DNA of 64,000 bases, from positions 1,216,001-1,280,000 of the forward strand of contig CAUVXB020000001.1 of the NCBI GenBank assembly GCA_963555825.3, given 5' to 3'. The notes beneath the pieces are model-generated. The model was not told the DNA's origin. It searched no databases and saw nothing but the letters and a program-made list of their open reading frames with translations. The position numbers and the translations under genes are program-made. This DNA comes from Alphaproteobacteria bacterium (lineage in GTDB: Bacteria > Pseudomonadota > Alphaproteobacteria > JAAXGF01). Of this stretch, positions 1 through 10,653 are shown in pieces; the stretch's first letter is position 1; the number at the start of each line of letters is the position of its first letter.

Positions 1-656
1 ACAAGAAGCGCCGTGTCGTGGCCAAAGTGGAGTGGCACCCCGGCGAGCTGGTTCCTCGCGTCGGTTTCATCGTCACTAATCTGTCGCGCCCTACCAAGCG
101 GGTGGTGGCGTTCTATAATCACCGTGGCACGGCGGAGCAGCACATCAAGGAAGGCAAGAACGCCATCAACTGGACCCGTCTGTCATGTCGCAAGTTCCGC
201 AACAATGCCGTTCGGCTCCAGCTTCACGCCCTGGCCTACAATCTGGGCAACTTCATGAGGACACTGGCTTTGCCGAAGGAGGTGGAGCACTGGTCGATGA
301 CGACGTTGCGCGACAAGCTGGTGAAGATCGGGGCCAAGGTTGTCCGACATGGCCGCTACGTTACGTTCCAATTGGCTGAGGTGGCGGTGCCGAGGGACCT
401 GTTCCGGAAAATCCTGAGCTTGATTGATGATCTGCGACGAAGACCCGCTCCGGCGTAGGCCGAGGGAATCGACGGCGAGGAGAAAGCGACAGGAGAGGTG
501 TGTCTGGATGGCGAGAAAAATGACCGAGTGGCCTTCCAAGCGCGGGCCGATTACCAAAATCATGCCATCGGATGGCTGCATAGGGGATACAGTTCCCTTG
601 GCGGTGGGAAAGTGGTACGATTTCCACGAATTTGGATGGTATATGGGGAATGTCGG
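1..656 (+). mobile_element. IS1380-family element, 3' part (transposase C-terminus to 458, then right end)
   Basis: Matches the reverse complement of the right part of 55178-56819. FYNHRGTAEQHIKEGK motif. Identity stops at ...GGGGAATGTCGG (656). Confidence 0.92.
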
Positions 657-1000
657 ATAAAGCAATCGGCTGTGCGTCGAGCGCTTTGGAATCAGCCAAA
701 CAGAATGGTGAAAAGGGCCACGAGGCGTGGGCGCTGTGGACTCTGGGAGAAATCCATACCAACGCAATCGAAGCTCTCGACCCCCTAGCCGAAAGGTGCG
801 TCCGGGAAGCACAAACAATCGCTGTCGCCCGTCATATGGTCCCGCTGGCCGCCCATTGCCAAATGAGTCTGATTTTCGGACGCCGCGTCGGCTCGAAGCG
901 AGCTTGACGCCGCGATTTCATGTTACCGCAAGCTCATGGGTTACTGGCTCGGCTTGCGGAAGCCGAGGCGAAGAGAAAAGAGCCGGCCGGGCTACTTAGA
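657..1000 (+). pseudogene. C-terminal fragment of a TPR-like helical protein (resembles tails of cyclase/AAA-TPR proteins), truncated by IS1380 and frameshifted
   Basis: DKAIGCASSALESAKQNGEKGHEAWALWTLGEIH...LAAHCQMSL helical-repeat pattern; no start codon; partly duplicated at 4075-4280. Confidence 0.5.
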
Positions 1001-1108
1001 TTGCCGTAAGCAGTAGGCACACCGAGCCAACGCACCATTCTGGATAGTGCTCGCAGGTGGTGGATTTTTTTGACAAAAACGTCTGTGAGCGAGCTATAAC
1101 CGATCTTG
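798..1108 (+). repeat. About 310-bp degenerate direct repeat, copy 1 (copy 2 at 4075-4411)
   Basis: GCGTCCGGGAAGCACAAACAA...GAGCTATAACCGA(A)TCTTG occurs at both places with many small indels. Confidence 0.85.
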
Positions 1109-4067
1109 ACGGGGCGGTAAAAAGTTGTTGGCCGATGGCGTGCTTGTACAGGTCTTTGCGGTTCGGTGAAGAATATTTGCCTGTCTCCGCGTTGCTGGTG
1201 GATAAAACCTGATATTACCTACCCTTGGCTTCTCCTTGGCTTCGTTTTTTATGGTGCGATTGCCGCGCAGCGTCGGATATTGAGGCCGAGGGCACGCAGA
1301 TTGACCACGTAGCGCATGGCCGGCATGCCGCGAATGCGTAGGTGAGCCAGGTTCATCTGGTACTTTAATCGCGACATGGTCGCTTCTATGCCGGCCCGCC
1401 ATCTGTAGACGTTGCGGAAGGCATCGCTTTGTTCATAAAGCCGGCGCTTTTGGTTGGCAGCCCTGGCCGGGGTATATTGAAAGCGGGAAAATTGGCCGTC
1501 ACGCTTGGCCGCCTGCACGGGACATCGCAGTATATCGGGACATTTTTGGCAGATGGAGAGGTCGAAACGGGCCTGCAGCTTGGCTTTGGCGAGCGAGGCT
1601 GAAACCGGTTCGACGTTATTGGGACAGCGCAAGACCAAGCCTTCTTCGTTGAGAGTGAAATCCTCCAACGTCAACCGTCCCGAGACGGCGCCTTTCGGCG
1701 GTCGTGCGGGCGCCACGAGATTGATGTTCTGTTCGCGCGTCAGAGCCATGTTGTCACTGGAACCGTAATGTGAATCACCCAGCATCACCGCCGGCGTCAG
1801 CGCGCGCTCGCTCAGATCATCCAGCGCATCGGCTAAGCGATGGCCGTCATGCACCGTCATCTTGTGGACCTCCACGTGGGTGATGAGGTCCGGTGTCGCG
1901 GCAACCGCCTCGTTACTGACATCTTCACAATAGGTTTCGACGATCTGCGCCATGTATCCTTGACCCTTGTGCGCGTTGTAGCTCGCGTCCGGGTCGGCCG
2001 GATTGCCGACGGTATCGCACGGCACATCCTTTGGATCTCGAATCGCGGCGCGCGTTGCGTCACGATCGCCATACTCATCATCAACGATCTCGAACTGATC
2101 GCGCAGAACCCTCTCCAGGATCGCAAAACTGAAAAGCTTTGCCGCCGCCGTGTCACGGAATTGCAGCACCAGGGCTAGGAGATACTGACCCGCTTCGCCG
2201 AGGCGCCGTTTTGAAACACTCGGCGCCGGGCGCGCCATTACCCTCGCGATCGACATAGCGGCGGATCACCTCCTTGCTGATCTGCTGTGCAGACCGGGAT
2301 GATATCGCTCAAGCTCACGGGCAAACTTCGAGATGCTCTCAACAACGATACCAAGTCGTGTCAGCGCCCGCATTGCCGAACGAAGGGCCGTCGAATCCAT
2401 GCGTTGCTGGTATCGACAGAGAACCCCTGCACCAGCCGATCCGTCAAACACCGGAACAGCAATTCATCGAGACCTTGTTCTTAAACAGGCGTGCGATAGT
2501 TGCGCACCCGAGCTGTCCGCTTCGCTGCGACGTCCAAGGCATAGTGCCACGCCATATTGAAGGCCAGGGCCTCGACGGTCTCTGCATCGCTCAGATCGTG
2601 CAGCTGGCAAAAGCAGACCCCGATGACAACGTGTAGATCCTTCGATGGTCGGCCCATGCGTTCATCAAGGCGGGTCGATCGTCAACCGGAAGTTCGACAA
2701 GCAGATGGTTCCGAAAAACCCCGGCCCAGGATTGCTCCATCAGGCGCCGACGTTTGTCCCCGAAATCGGACCAGCCAAACAATTCCAAGTCCGTGGCGCG
2801 TAAAGTAAACATGCACAATTATAATCCAGCCGACTCTCATGAGGAATCGACTTTTTACCGCCCCGGAATCTTGGATGGAGAATGAAGGCGGCGTATCCTG
2901 GCGTTGATGAAGACGCCAATTTTCCGAAGAAAGGGGCCATGAAAGACGACAGTTGTTGCGTTGCGCCAGCCAGAGGACGATCCGCTGACGGGATATTGCG
3001 CGCCGGCGCCCGGCAGTTGCTTGGCCAGGCGATTGAAGCGGAAGTTGCCGCCGAAGCCCATGCCGATTTGACCGACGCTTCGGGCCGGCGCCGATTGTGT
3101 CACGGGCACATGCCGGAACCGAGTTCAGACCGGGATCGGAGCTGTGACGGGAAGCCTCAAGAGTCGAGCCGATGGATCCAGCAGGCCACGGGTCGGGGCG
3201 TTTCACGTCATCGATCCTGCCGCCTTATGCTCAGGCGCGCCAAGTCGGTCGAGGCGCTTCTGCCCTGGCTTTATCGTGAAGGGCATCTCCAGCGGCGACT
3301 TTTCGGAGGCCCTGGCCCCGGCGCTCCGCTTGCCTCCAGCAGACCGGACGCGCCATGGCGGCTGACGGCCAGCACCATTGGCCGGCTGACCGCGGTCTGG
3401 TGCCCCGAATACATGGCAAAAGCGCGACCTTTCGGCTCGGCGCTACGTCTATTTTTGGGCCGACGGGGTCTAGTCTCGCGATCGGCAATCATCGGCGCCG
3501 ACGCCATGCTCGCAAGCCGGACATCGTCCACGCCCATGCCGTCGACGGCCAAGCTCGCGGGCGGAACTGCACGCTTGCGCGCCACCGCTTGGCCGGCCCC
3601 AGCTGCGGCGCCTTGGGCTTCTGGAAGCCGCTACGCTCGACGCCAGGGTGCAGCGTTGCTGGGATCTCAAGACCGCCAACGTGTTCAACCAGATGTCCCT
3701 GGCACCAATTTTTTTGGCCATCTGCACGACATCTGGATGGCCGACTCAGGGCCGACGCCGAAGCCGCCTTCGCCGAGGCGCCATTGCACGGCGCAAAATA
3801 CCACAAGGCCGCAGAGCGCCTGGTCAAGGACGGCGCTCGAGCTACGTCCCGGCCGAGCACTGGAAGCCGAGCCATCGACAAGAGCCACGTGCGCCTGAGC
3901 TTGAAGACCAAGGGGTGCCTGAAGGGCCGCAAGACGGCGCATCGCATGGTCAAACTGGATCGAGTGCCAGGCGGAAATGGCGGAATGATCAAATCAACTC
4001 GGAACTCGTAAGCAGTAGGTTCAAACACGCCGGCGATAGCTCCGTCACCAACTTTCAGACATAGCTG
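1091..4067 (+). mobile_element. Degenerate IS256-family element (heavily frameshifted transposase at about 2939-4011) with another IS nested in its left end
   Basis: Fragments ILRAGARQLLGQAIEAEV, RRAKSVEALLPWLY, KGISSGDFSEAL, GALGFWK and KTKGCL in shifting frames. Ends GAGCTATAACCGA.. and ..CAACTTTCAGACATAGCTG. Confidence 0.75.
1109..2866 (-). mobile_element. IS5/IS1182-like element with frameshifted transposase (pieces 2591-2818, 2266-2451, 1249-2256)
   Basis: Inverted ends CGGGGCGGTAAAAAGT / ACTTTTTACCGCCCCG. Motifs DPDASY, LGDSHYG, YRWRAGIEATMSRLK. Flanked by (A)ATCTTG on both sides. Confidence 0.8.
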
Positions 4068-4494
4068 TCCGGTCGCGTCCGGGAAGCACAAACAACGTCA
4101 TATGGTCCCGCTGGCCGCCCATTGCCAAATGAGTCTCGGCAAGATTTTCGGACGCCAAGGGGCGTCGAAATCTGCTCGAAGCGAGCTTGACGCCGCGATT
4201 TTGTTACCGCAAGCTCGGCATGGGTTACTGGCTCGAGCTTGCGGAAGCCGAGGCGAAGAGAAAAGAGCCGGCCGGGCTACTTAGATTGCCGTAAGCAGTA
4301 GGCACACCGAGCGACAACGCACCATTCTGGATAGTGCTCGCAGGTGGTTGGATTTTTTTGACAAACCTGTAGCGTTCGGCACGTCTGTGAGCGAGCTATA
4401 ACCGAATCTTGTGTACGGCGTTGAAATGAAGGCGGCGTATCCTGGTGATTGTTGATGTCACCACTTGAGCTAAGCCAAGGAAGGATACGCCATG

Positions 4495-5105
4495 TGTCAA
4501 TGGCGGAGCAAAAAGGGACCACCTCGGCGGTGTAAGAAGGGACCGCTTGGCGGCTGCGGGCTTGTCCCCGTAGTCCACGGGAGGGCCCCGCGCGCGACGC
4601 GGCGTGCCCTCAACAGGCTGACGCGGCGGCGCGCGCGGGAGGGACCTGTGGGCCCACGGGGTCAAGCGTGGGCTGGGTGGTCGGTTCAGTTAGCAGTCGG
4701 GGTTTGACGCCTGCGGCTCTGGTTGAGCCTGTAGCTGTCACCGTTCATCTCGAGGATGTTGACGTGGTGGGTGAGGCGATCGAGGAGCGCGCCGGTGAGG
4801 CGCTCGGAGCCGAACACCTCGGTCCATTCGTCGAAGGGCAGATTGGTGGTGACCAGGGTCGAGCCCCGCTCGTAGCGTTGGCTGAACACCTCGAACAACA
4901 GCTCGGCGCCGGTCTTCGACAGCGGCACGAAGCCGAGTTCGTCGACGATCAGAAGCTTGTAGGTGGCGAGCTTCTTCTGGAACCTCAGCAGCTGCTTGTC
5001 ATCGCGGGCCTCGATGAGTTCGTGGACCAGCGCGGCGGCGGTGATGAAGCCGACCGAGAGGCCCTTCTGGCAGGCCGCCAGGCCGAGACCGAGGGCGATG
5101 TGGGG
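4495..5105 (-). mobile_element. istB: IS21-family right-end fragment with 5'-truncated istB
   Basis: Matches the 3' part of 49402-51971. Terminus TGTCAATGGCGGAGC; LLIVDELG Walker B. Confidence 0.92.
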
Positions 5106-5155
5106 TAAACGCGTGAAGGCTTTCCTTTCGCCGCCGACCGGGCTCTTATAGCCTG

Positions 5156-5587
5156 ATGGAACCATCGCTGTTGGACAAGCTGGTCACGGAAGTCCGGCGC
5201 TATCAGGACAAAGACTTCCTGAAGGCGGCGATGGCGGTCTGCGCGCTCGCCGCCAATGCGGACAACGAGGTCAATCTCTCGGAACGCTACAGCATCGATC
5301 GCGCGATCGAGACCGAACCCGCGCTCAATCTGTTCGACGCGACCAAGGCAGTCCGCATCCTCGACGACTACATCTTCGCGCTACGCGAGGAGGGCGACGC
5401 GGCGAAGGCGGTGCTCGACAACAAGGTGCGGCGCTTCGCCGGCACTCATAAACGCTCGCGCACGTTGATGCGCGTCGCCTATCTGATCATCGCCGCGGAT
5501 CAGGAAATTGTCGCCGCCGAACGCGCGGAGTTCGACCGCCTCTGCGGCCTCCTCGACCTCGACCATACCCAGGTCTGGCCGGGCTAG
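5156..5587 (+). CDS. TerB-family (tellurite resistance-like) protein
   Basis: AAMAVCALAANAD..ERY and LMRVAYLIIAAD..IVAAERAEFDRLCGLL pattern. Confidence 0.75.
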   Translation: MEPSLLDKLVTEVRRYQDKDFLKAAMAVCALAANADNEVNLSERYSIDRAIETEPALNLFDATKAVRILDDYIFALREEGDAAKAVLDNKVRRFAGTHKRSRTLMRVAYLIIAADQEIVAAERAEFDRLCGLLDLDHTQVWPG

Positions 5588-5768
5588 AGTTAAGTGCGGT
5601 CAATTCGATTCGGTCGGAATTTGCCAGCCTGCGCCAATCTAAATGGGACAAGAGGGGGGCCGCCGACCGTTCGGCCAGTGCTTGTGGGATTAAGAATGGC
5701 CTTGTGGGATAAAGAGTGGCATGCGCGGCGACTGAGCGCAGGTCACCAAAGGTGACCGCACAATAAAC
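5587..5768. repeat. MITE-like repeat, copy 1
   Basis: Imperfect terminal IR GAGTTAAGTGCGGTCA / TGACCGCACAATAAAC, flanked by TA. Core GCCGCCGACCGTTCGGC...GCGGCGAYTGAGCGCAG shared with the copies at about 8523 and 61052. Confidence 0.7.
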
Positions 5769-6682
5769 TACCCCAGCTGGTAGTCGGCGAAGTAGGCCGC
5801 GCAGAAATTGGCGAAGCTGTCGACCAGGCGCGTCGGGCGGGCCTGCGCGAGGCGCGCCAGCGCGATGTGGCCGGGCTCGACCGCGTCGGCGAGCGGTCGG
5901 CAGACGACACCGCGGCCGTCGTAGGTGACGTCGGCCGCGGGCCGCGTGATCAGCAGCGCATAGCCCATGCCGGCGCCGACCATGCCACGCACGGTCTCGA
6001 ACGACGGCGTGCGGAATCGGATGTTCGGCTCGAACCCCGCCTTGAGCATCAACGACGTAAAATATTCGCGGCCCGGCGGCACGTCGAGCAGGATCATCGG
6101 TTCCGCGGCGAGGTCGGCGAGCGATACGGTCTTCCGTCGCGCCAGCGGCTCGTACGCCGGCAGCAGGACATAGGGCGGCAGGTCGATCAACGGCCGCACG
6201 TCGAGATGCGGACCGAGTTCGTAATCGTAAAGCAGCGCGACGGTGAAGCGGCCGCTATCGAGGCCGCGCAGCAATTCGTCCTGATGACCCTCGTCGAGCG
6301 CGATGTCGACCGCCGGATACTCCGCCGTGAAGCCGGTCACGATCGACGGCATGAAGAACGGTGCGATAGTCAGATAGCAGCCGACGTCGAGCCGGCCGCG
6401 CAGCTCCTGCCCAAGGCCCCGCGCCCGTTCGCTCAGCTCGCCGGCGTGGGCGAGCAGGCTGCGCGCCTCGGCGAGCAGCGGTTGCCCCGCCGGAGTCGGT
6501 GTCACGCCATGGGCGTGGTGGCGCAACAGGAGCTGGACGCCGAACAGGTCCTCGAGCTTGGCGATCGCGGTCGAGACCGACGGTTGCGAGACATTGAGCG
6601 CGCGGGCCGCCCCGGCGACGCTGCCGCATTCGGCGGCGGCGACGAAATAGGCGAGCTGGCGGAGCGTGTAGGTTATCGCCAT
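5768..6682 (-). CDS. LysR-family transcriptional regulator
   Basis: TLRQLAYFVAAAECGSVAGAARALNVSQPSVSTAIAKLED HTH; 304 aa; divergent from the monooxygenase operon. Confidence 0.96.
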   Translation of the reverse strand: MAITYTLRQLAYFVAAAECGSVAGAARALNVSQPSVSTAIAKLEDLFGVQLLLRHHAHGVTPTPAGQPLLAEARSLLAHAGELSERARGLGQELRGRLDVGCYLTIAPFFMPSIVTGFTAEYPAVDIALDEGHQDELLRGLDSGRFTVALLYDYELGPHLDVRPLIDLPPYVLLPAYEPLARRKTVSLADLAAEPMILLDVPPGREYFTSLMLKAGFEPNIRFRTPSFETVRGMVGAGMGYALLITRPAADVTYDGRGVVCRPLADAVEPGHIALARLAQARPTRLVDSFANFCAAYFADYQLG

Positions 6683-6685
6683 AAT

Positions 6686-6726
6686 CTATATCTCCTCTAG
6701 TTAAATAATATTTTATTTATGTCTAG
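6686..6726. promoter_or_regulatory. Putative LysR binding site and AT-rich divergent promoter
   Basis: CTATATCTCCTCTAG (6686-6700) is a T-N11-A dyad directly upstream of lysR, followed by an AT-rich tract. Confidence 0.55.
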
Positions 6727-6789
6727 CCTTCAACCATCTTTGCGCCATCGAGACACGACGGGCCGAGACTCGGACCAAGGAGACAGACG

Positions 6790-6969
6790 ATGCATATCAC
6801 GCTTAAGGACTTCCGCGACGCCACCCGCGCCTATGTCGAGATCCACACGGCCGACGACGCGCCGCGCTACTACCGCTTCGGCGTCGCCTCGAACCTGCGC
6901 CGCCGCATCATCACGACGCTGCCGCAGCCGAAACCGCGCGACGTCGCGGACCTGGCCGCGCGCGCCTGA
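6790..6969 (+). CDS. Small hypothetical protein, 59 aa (MHITLKDFRDATRAYVEIHTADDAPRYYRFGVASNLRRRIITTLPQPKPRDVADLAARA)
   Basis: Strong RBS AAGGAG upstream; GC3-rich codon usage; first ORF after the promoter; below the ORF-track cutoff. Confidence 0.7.
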   Translation: MHITLKDFRDATRAYVEIHTADDAPRYYRFGVASNLRRRIITTLPQPKPRDVADLAARA

Positions 6970-7000
6970 CCCCAGACACCCCGTAAGCGAGGACAAGAAA

Positions 7001-8449
7001 ATGTTGAGGACCGGTGACGAATATCGCGACTCGATCCGCGACGACCGCCAGGTTTGGATGAATGGCGAAAAGATCAAGGACGTGACGAGCCACCCGCCGT
7101 TCAAGCCGATCGTCGACGTGCGCGCGCGCATTTACGACATGGCGCATGAGGACAAGTACCGCGAGGTCATGTCCTATATCGACGATCAGTCGAACCAGCC
7201 AAACTGCATCGGCTACAAGCTGCCGAGGACGCAGAACGACTGGCACCAAAAACGCTCATCGATCGACGCCGTGATGCGCGACATCGGCGGCGTCGTCATC
7301 CGCGTCGGCGACGAGACGGCGGGCGAGCTGTGGTCGCTCTACGACGGCCGCGACGTCTTGAACGAGGTCGACCCGCAGTTCTCCGAGAACATCGAGCGAC
7401 ACATCCAGGACGTGCTGACCAGCGACACCTTCCATGTCTCGGCCAACACCGATCCGAAGGGCGACCGTTCGAAGCGACCGCAGGACCAAGACCCCGACAT
7501 GCTGCTGCATATGGTCAAGGAAACCGACGCCGGCATCGTCGTGCGCGGCGCCAAGTACGAGACCGCGGCGGCGTACTCGAACCAGGCCTTCGTCAAGCCG
7601 ACGATCGCCAACTGGGGCGACGACAAGCTGTCGGACTACGCGCTCGGCTTCATCTGCCCGATGAACGCGCCCGGCCTCAAGCACATCTGCCGCACCGGCT
7701 TCGCCGGCCGCGGCCCGATCGAGGACTACCCGCTCTCCAACCGCTTCGACGAGATCGACACGCTGTTGGTCTTCGATGACGTGCTGGTGCCGTGGGAGGA
7801 CGTGCTGTTCTACCGCCACACCCGCGCGGCGAGCTACATCCGCGGCACGCTGCACCGTTACAGCGCGCTCGCCTTCGTGCAGCGCCTGCAATACATCGCC
7901 GACATGATGATCGGCGCCGCGCTGTTCAACGCGCGCCAGACCGGCCTCGACAAGATGCCGGCGGTGCGCGAGAAGCTGGCCCAGCTTGCTTGCTACCGCG
8001 AGACGATCAACGCCCATCTGACGGCCGCGATCGCGACCGCCGAGAAGAGCCCGGGCGACCTGCTGATGCCCAACCAGTCGCTCTTGTACACCGGGCGCGT
8101 GCAGGCGTGTACGCAGCTGCCGGCGATGATGCACATCGCGCGCGAGCTGTGCGGCGGCCAGATCTGCGTCACGCCCGATGCGGCGGCGTTCGACGACCCC
8201 GAGACCAAGCCTTGGCTCGAGAAGTACTACACGGTCAACGACAACTGGCTGCCCGAGGATCGGCGCAAGCTGCTGGCCTTCGCCCGCGACCTGCTGAACT
8301 CGGACTACGCCGGCCATCGGCTGACCTTCCAGCTGTTCGCCCAGTCGCCGCCGTTCGCGCATCTCAACGCGGTCTACAACAACTTCGACTTCGCCGGCCC
8401 GCTCGCCTTCGTCAAGAAGGCGGCCGGCCTCTCGGACCGGGTGCTCTAG
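7001..8449 (+). CDS. 4-hydroxyphenylacetate 3-hydroxylase (HpaB/PvcC)-family flavin-dependent monooxygenase
   Basis: MLRTGDEYRDSIRDDRQVWMNGEKIKDVTSHP, DPKGDRS, GIVVRGAK, PLSNRFDEIDTLLVFDDVLVPWE. GAGGA RBS before ATG 7001. Confidence 0.92.
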   Translation: MLRTGDEYRDSIRDDRQVWMNGEKIKDVTSHPPFKPIVDVRARIYDMAHEDKYREVMSYIDDQSNQPNCIGYKLPRTQNDWHQKRSSIDAVMRDIGGVVIRVGDETAGELWSLYDGRDVLNEVDPQFSENIERHIQDVLTSDTFHVSANTDPKGDRSKRPQDQDPDMLLHMVKETDAGIVVRGAKYETAAAYSNQAFVKPTIANWGDDKLSDYALGFICPMNAPGLKHICRTGFAGRGPIEDYPLSNRFDEIDTLLVFDDVLVPWEDVLFYRHTRAASYIRGTLHRYSALAFVQRLQYIADMMIGAALFNARQTGLDKMPAVREKLAQLACYRETINAHLTAAIATAEKSPGDLLMPNQSLLYTGRVQACTQLPAMMHIARELCGGQICVTPDAAAFDDPETKPWLEKYYTVNDNWLPEDRRKLLAFARDLLNSDYAGHRLTFQLFAQSPPFAHLNAVYNNFDFAGPLAFVKKAAGLSDRVL

Positions 8450-8469
8450 CCCGCGACCCCGCCCGCAGT

Positions 8470-8600
8470 ACCGGCCGTCAACACGACCGAGTCAGGTTGA
8501 CCGTCACAGCCCGCGACTGCGGGCCGCCGACCGTTCGGCGGAAGCATGCGCGGCGATTGAGCGCAGCAAAGCCACTCGTGGCTTTGCGTAGAAAAAGGAG
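8470..8600. repeat. MITE-like repeat, copy 2 (more degenerate)
   Basis: GCCGCCGACCGTTCGGCGGAAGCATGCGCGGCGATTGAGCGCAG followed by hairpin GCAAAGCCAC-TC-GTGGCTTTGC. Confidence 0.6.
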
Positions 8601-8608
8601 ACAAGGCC

Positions 8609-9115
8609 ATGTTGCGCGATCGTTATCTCGAGGCCATGAGCGAGGCCGCCGCGACCGTCTCGGTGGTCACCACCGACGGCCCCGCGGGCCGCGCCGGGGT
8701 CACCGTCAGCGCGATGTGCTCGGTCTCGGCCGATCCGCCGACGATCCTGGTCTGCGTCCACCACCTGAGCCCGGCCTGCGAAGCGATCCGCGAGAACGGC
8801 GCCTTCTGCGTCAACGTCCTTGGCGACGGACAGTCGGCCATCTCGGACACCTTCGCCGGGCGCGCGCCGACGCCGGGCGGCGACAAGTTCGCCTGCGCCG
8901 AATGGCGCGCGCTCGCCACCGGCGCGCCGGCGCTCGACGACCCGCTGGTTGCGCTCGACTGCCGGCTCGTCGAGCACCTGCGCCAGGGATCGCATTACGT
9001 CTTCATCGGCGAGGTCGCCGACATCGCGCTCGGCGACGGCGCGCCGCTGGTCTACGCCAAGCGCGCCTACCGAGGCCTCGGCCTGCCGCTCGAGGCGCTG
9101 CCGCAGGCGGCGTAG
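8609..9115 (+). CDS. Flavin reductase (HpaC-like)
   Basis: VSVVTTDG..GVTVSAMCSVSADPPTILVCV, FCVNVL, GSHYVFIGEV. AAGGAG RBS. Confidence 0.95.
   Translation: MLRDRYLEAMSEAAATVSVVTTDGPAGRAGVTVSAMCSVSADPPTILVCVHHLSPACEAIRENGAFCVNVLGDGQSAISDTFAGRAPTPGGDKFACAEWRALATGAPALDDPLVALDCRLVEHLRQGSHYVFIGEVADIALGDGAPLVYAKRAYRGLGLPLEALPQAA
8966..9115 (+). repeat. 150-bp direct repeat, copy 1 (flavin reductase 3' end)
   Basis: 145/150 identical to 16091-16240. Confidence 0.95.
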
Positions 9116-9183
9116 GCCGCGGCGTGACGACGTGACGGCGCTCGACTGCGTTCATCCCGTCATGAGGAAACATCCACCCATAA

Positions 9184-10653
9184 CAGCCCGTTGACGAAGT
9201 CTTCCCTGGACGAAGTCGGCATGGTCTGATTCTCTGGTGTCCTGGCCTGAAGGGGGGTTCGCTGATGGCGATGGGACAGCAGAAGGATCGTCAGGGGGAC
9301 TTGATGGTGAGCTGGTCGGAGATGCCGCGCTCGCCAGGTCATGTATTTTACGACCGCCTGCAGTTGGTACTGATCGAGGGCGGCTTCGACGGCTTCGCCG
9401 AGGCGGTCTGCCAGCCCTATTACGCGGCCAGGATGGGGGCGCCTTCGGTGCCACCCGGGCGCTACTTCCGTATGCACCTGGTGGGCTACTTCGAGGGTAT
9501 CGACTCTGAGCGTGGGCTGGAGTGGCGGTGCTCGGATTCCCTGTCGCTACGGGAGTTCCTGCTGTTGGAGAGGCGGGAACGGGTGCCGGACCATTCCTGG
9601 CTGTCACGGACCCGCGCGCGCCTGCCCCATGAAGTCCACACGGCGGTGTTTGACTGGGTCCTGGCGCTGATCGCCGAGGCGGGTCTGGTGAAGGGCGAGC
9701 GCATCGGGGTGGATGCCTCGACCATGGAGGCCAACGCGGCGCTGCGCAACATCGTGCGGAGGGACACGGGCGAGGGTTACCGGGGGATGCTGGAGCGCTT
9801 GGCCCAGGAGAGCGGTATCGAGACACCCACGGCTGAGGACCTGGCGCGTCTGGACCGCAAGCGCAAGGGCAAGAAGCTCTCGAACCAGGACTGGGTTTCC
9901 AGGAGCGACCCCGAGGCCAAGATCGCCAAGATGAAGGACGGCACCACGCACCTGGCCTACAAGCCCGAGCACGCGGTGGATCTGGACACCGGCGCGGTGG
10001 TGGCGGCGGAGCTGCACCCGGCCGACGAGGGCGATACGACAACGCTTCCCAAGACCCTGGCGGCGGCCGAGGCAAACCTCGAGGCGGTGGATGTGGCGCC
10101 GACGGCCGAAGATCCGGCCGAATGTGTGACCGATAAGAGCTACCACTCACGGTTGGTCTTGAAGGCGCTCGACGACGGCCCCTGGAAGAGCCGGATCTCC
10201 GAGCCCAAGCAGAAGGGTTTTGCGCGCTGGCACGGAGATGATGCGGCTCGCCGGGCGGTCACCAACAACCGGACCCGGCTGTTATCGGGGGTGGCCAGGG
10301 AAGCCTTCAAGCTGCGCGCCGAGATCGTCGAGCGCTCCTTTGCCCACAACCTCGATCGCGGCGGTATGCGCCGGACCTGGCTTCGGGGCCGCGAGAACGT
10401 GCACAAGCGATACCTGCTTCACGTCGCCGGCCACAACCTATCGTTGCTGATGCGCCAACTCATCGGCGCCGGCACCCCGAAGGAGGCCGTGGCGGGCGGA
10501 ATTGGCGCCTTGTTCGTGCTTGTTACGCCCGCTGGAGCCGTCCTGGTCGTTCAGATCGTCCTCATCGTCTCGGAGGATGGCGAAACCGCCTTCGCCGCGA
10601 TATGCTTCGCCGTGGCGTGAAACCCGGTCAATGACGCCTTTTTCAACGGGCGG
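9184..10653 (+). mobile_element. IS1182/IS5-like element with intact transposase 9265-10620
   Basis: IR CAGCCCGTTGA / TCAACGGGCGG; 4-bp duplication ATAA; PDHSWLSR, VDAST, DPEAKIAK and VERSFAH motifs. Confidence 0.9.

Noticed and set aside
6719-7000. N-terminal extension of the monooxygenase (576-aa call)
   Set aside because: The family-typical N-terminus and RBS are at 7001; the upstream region is better explained by the 59-aa ORF in another frame.
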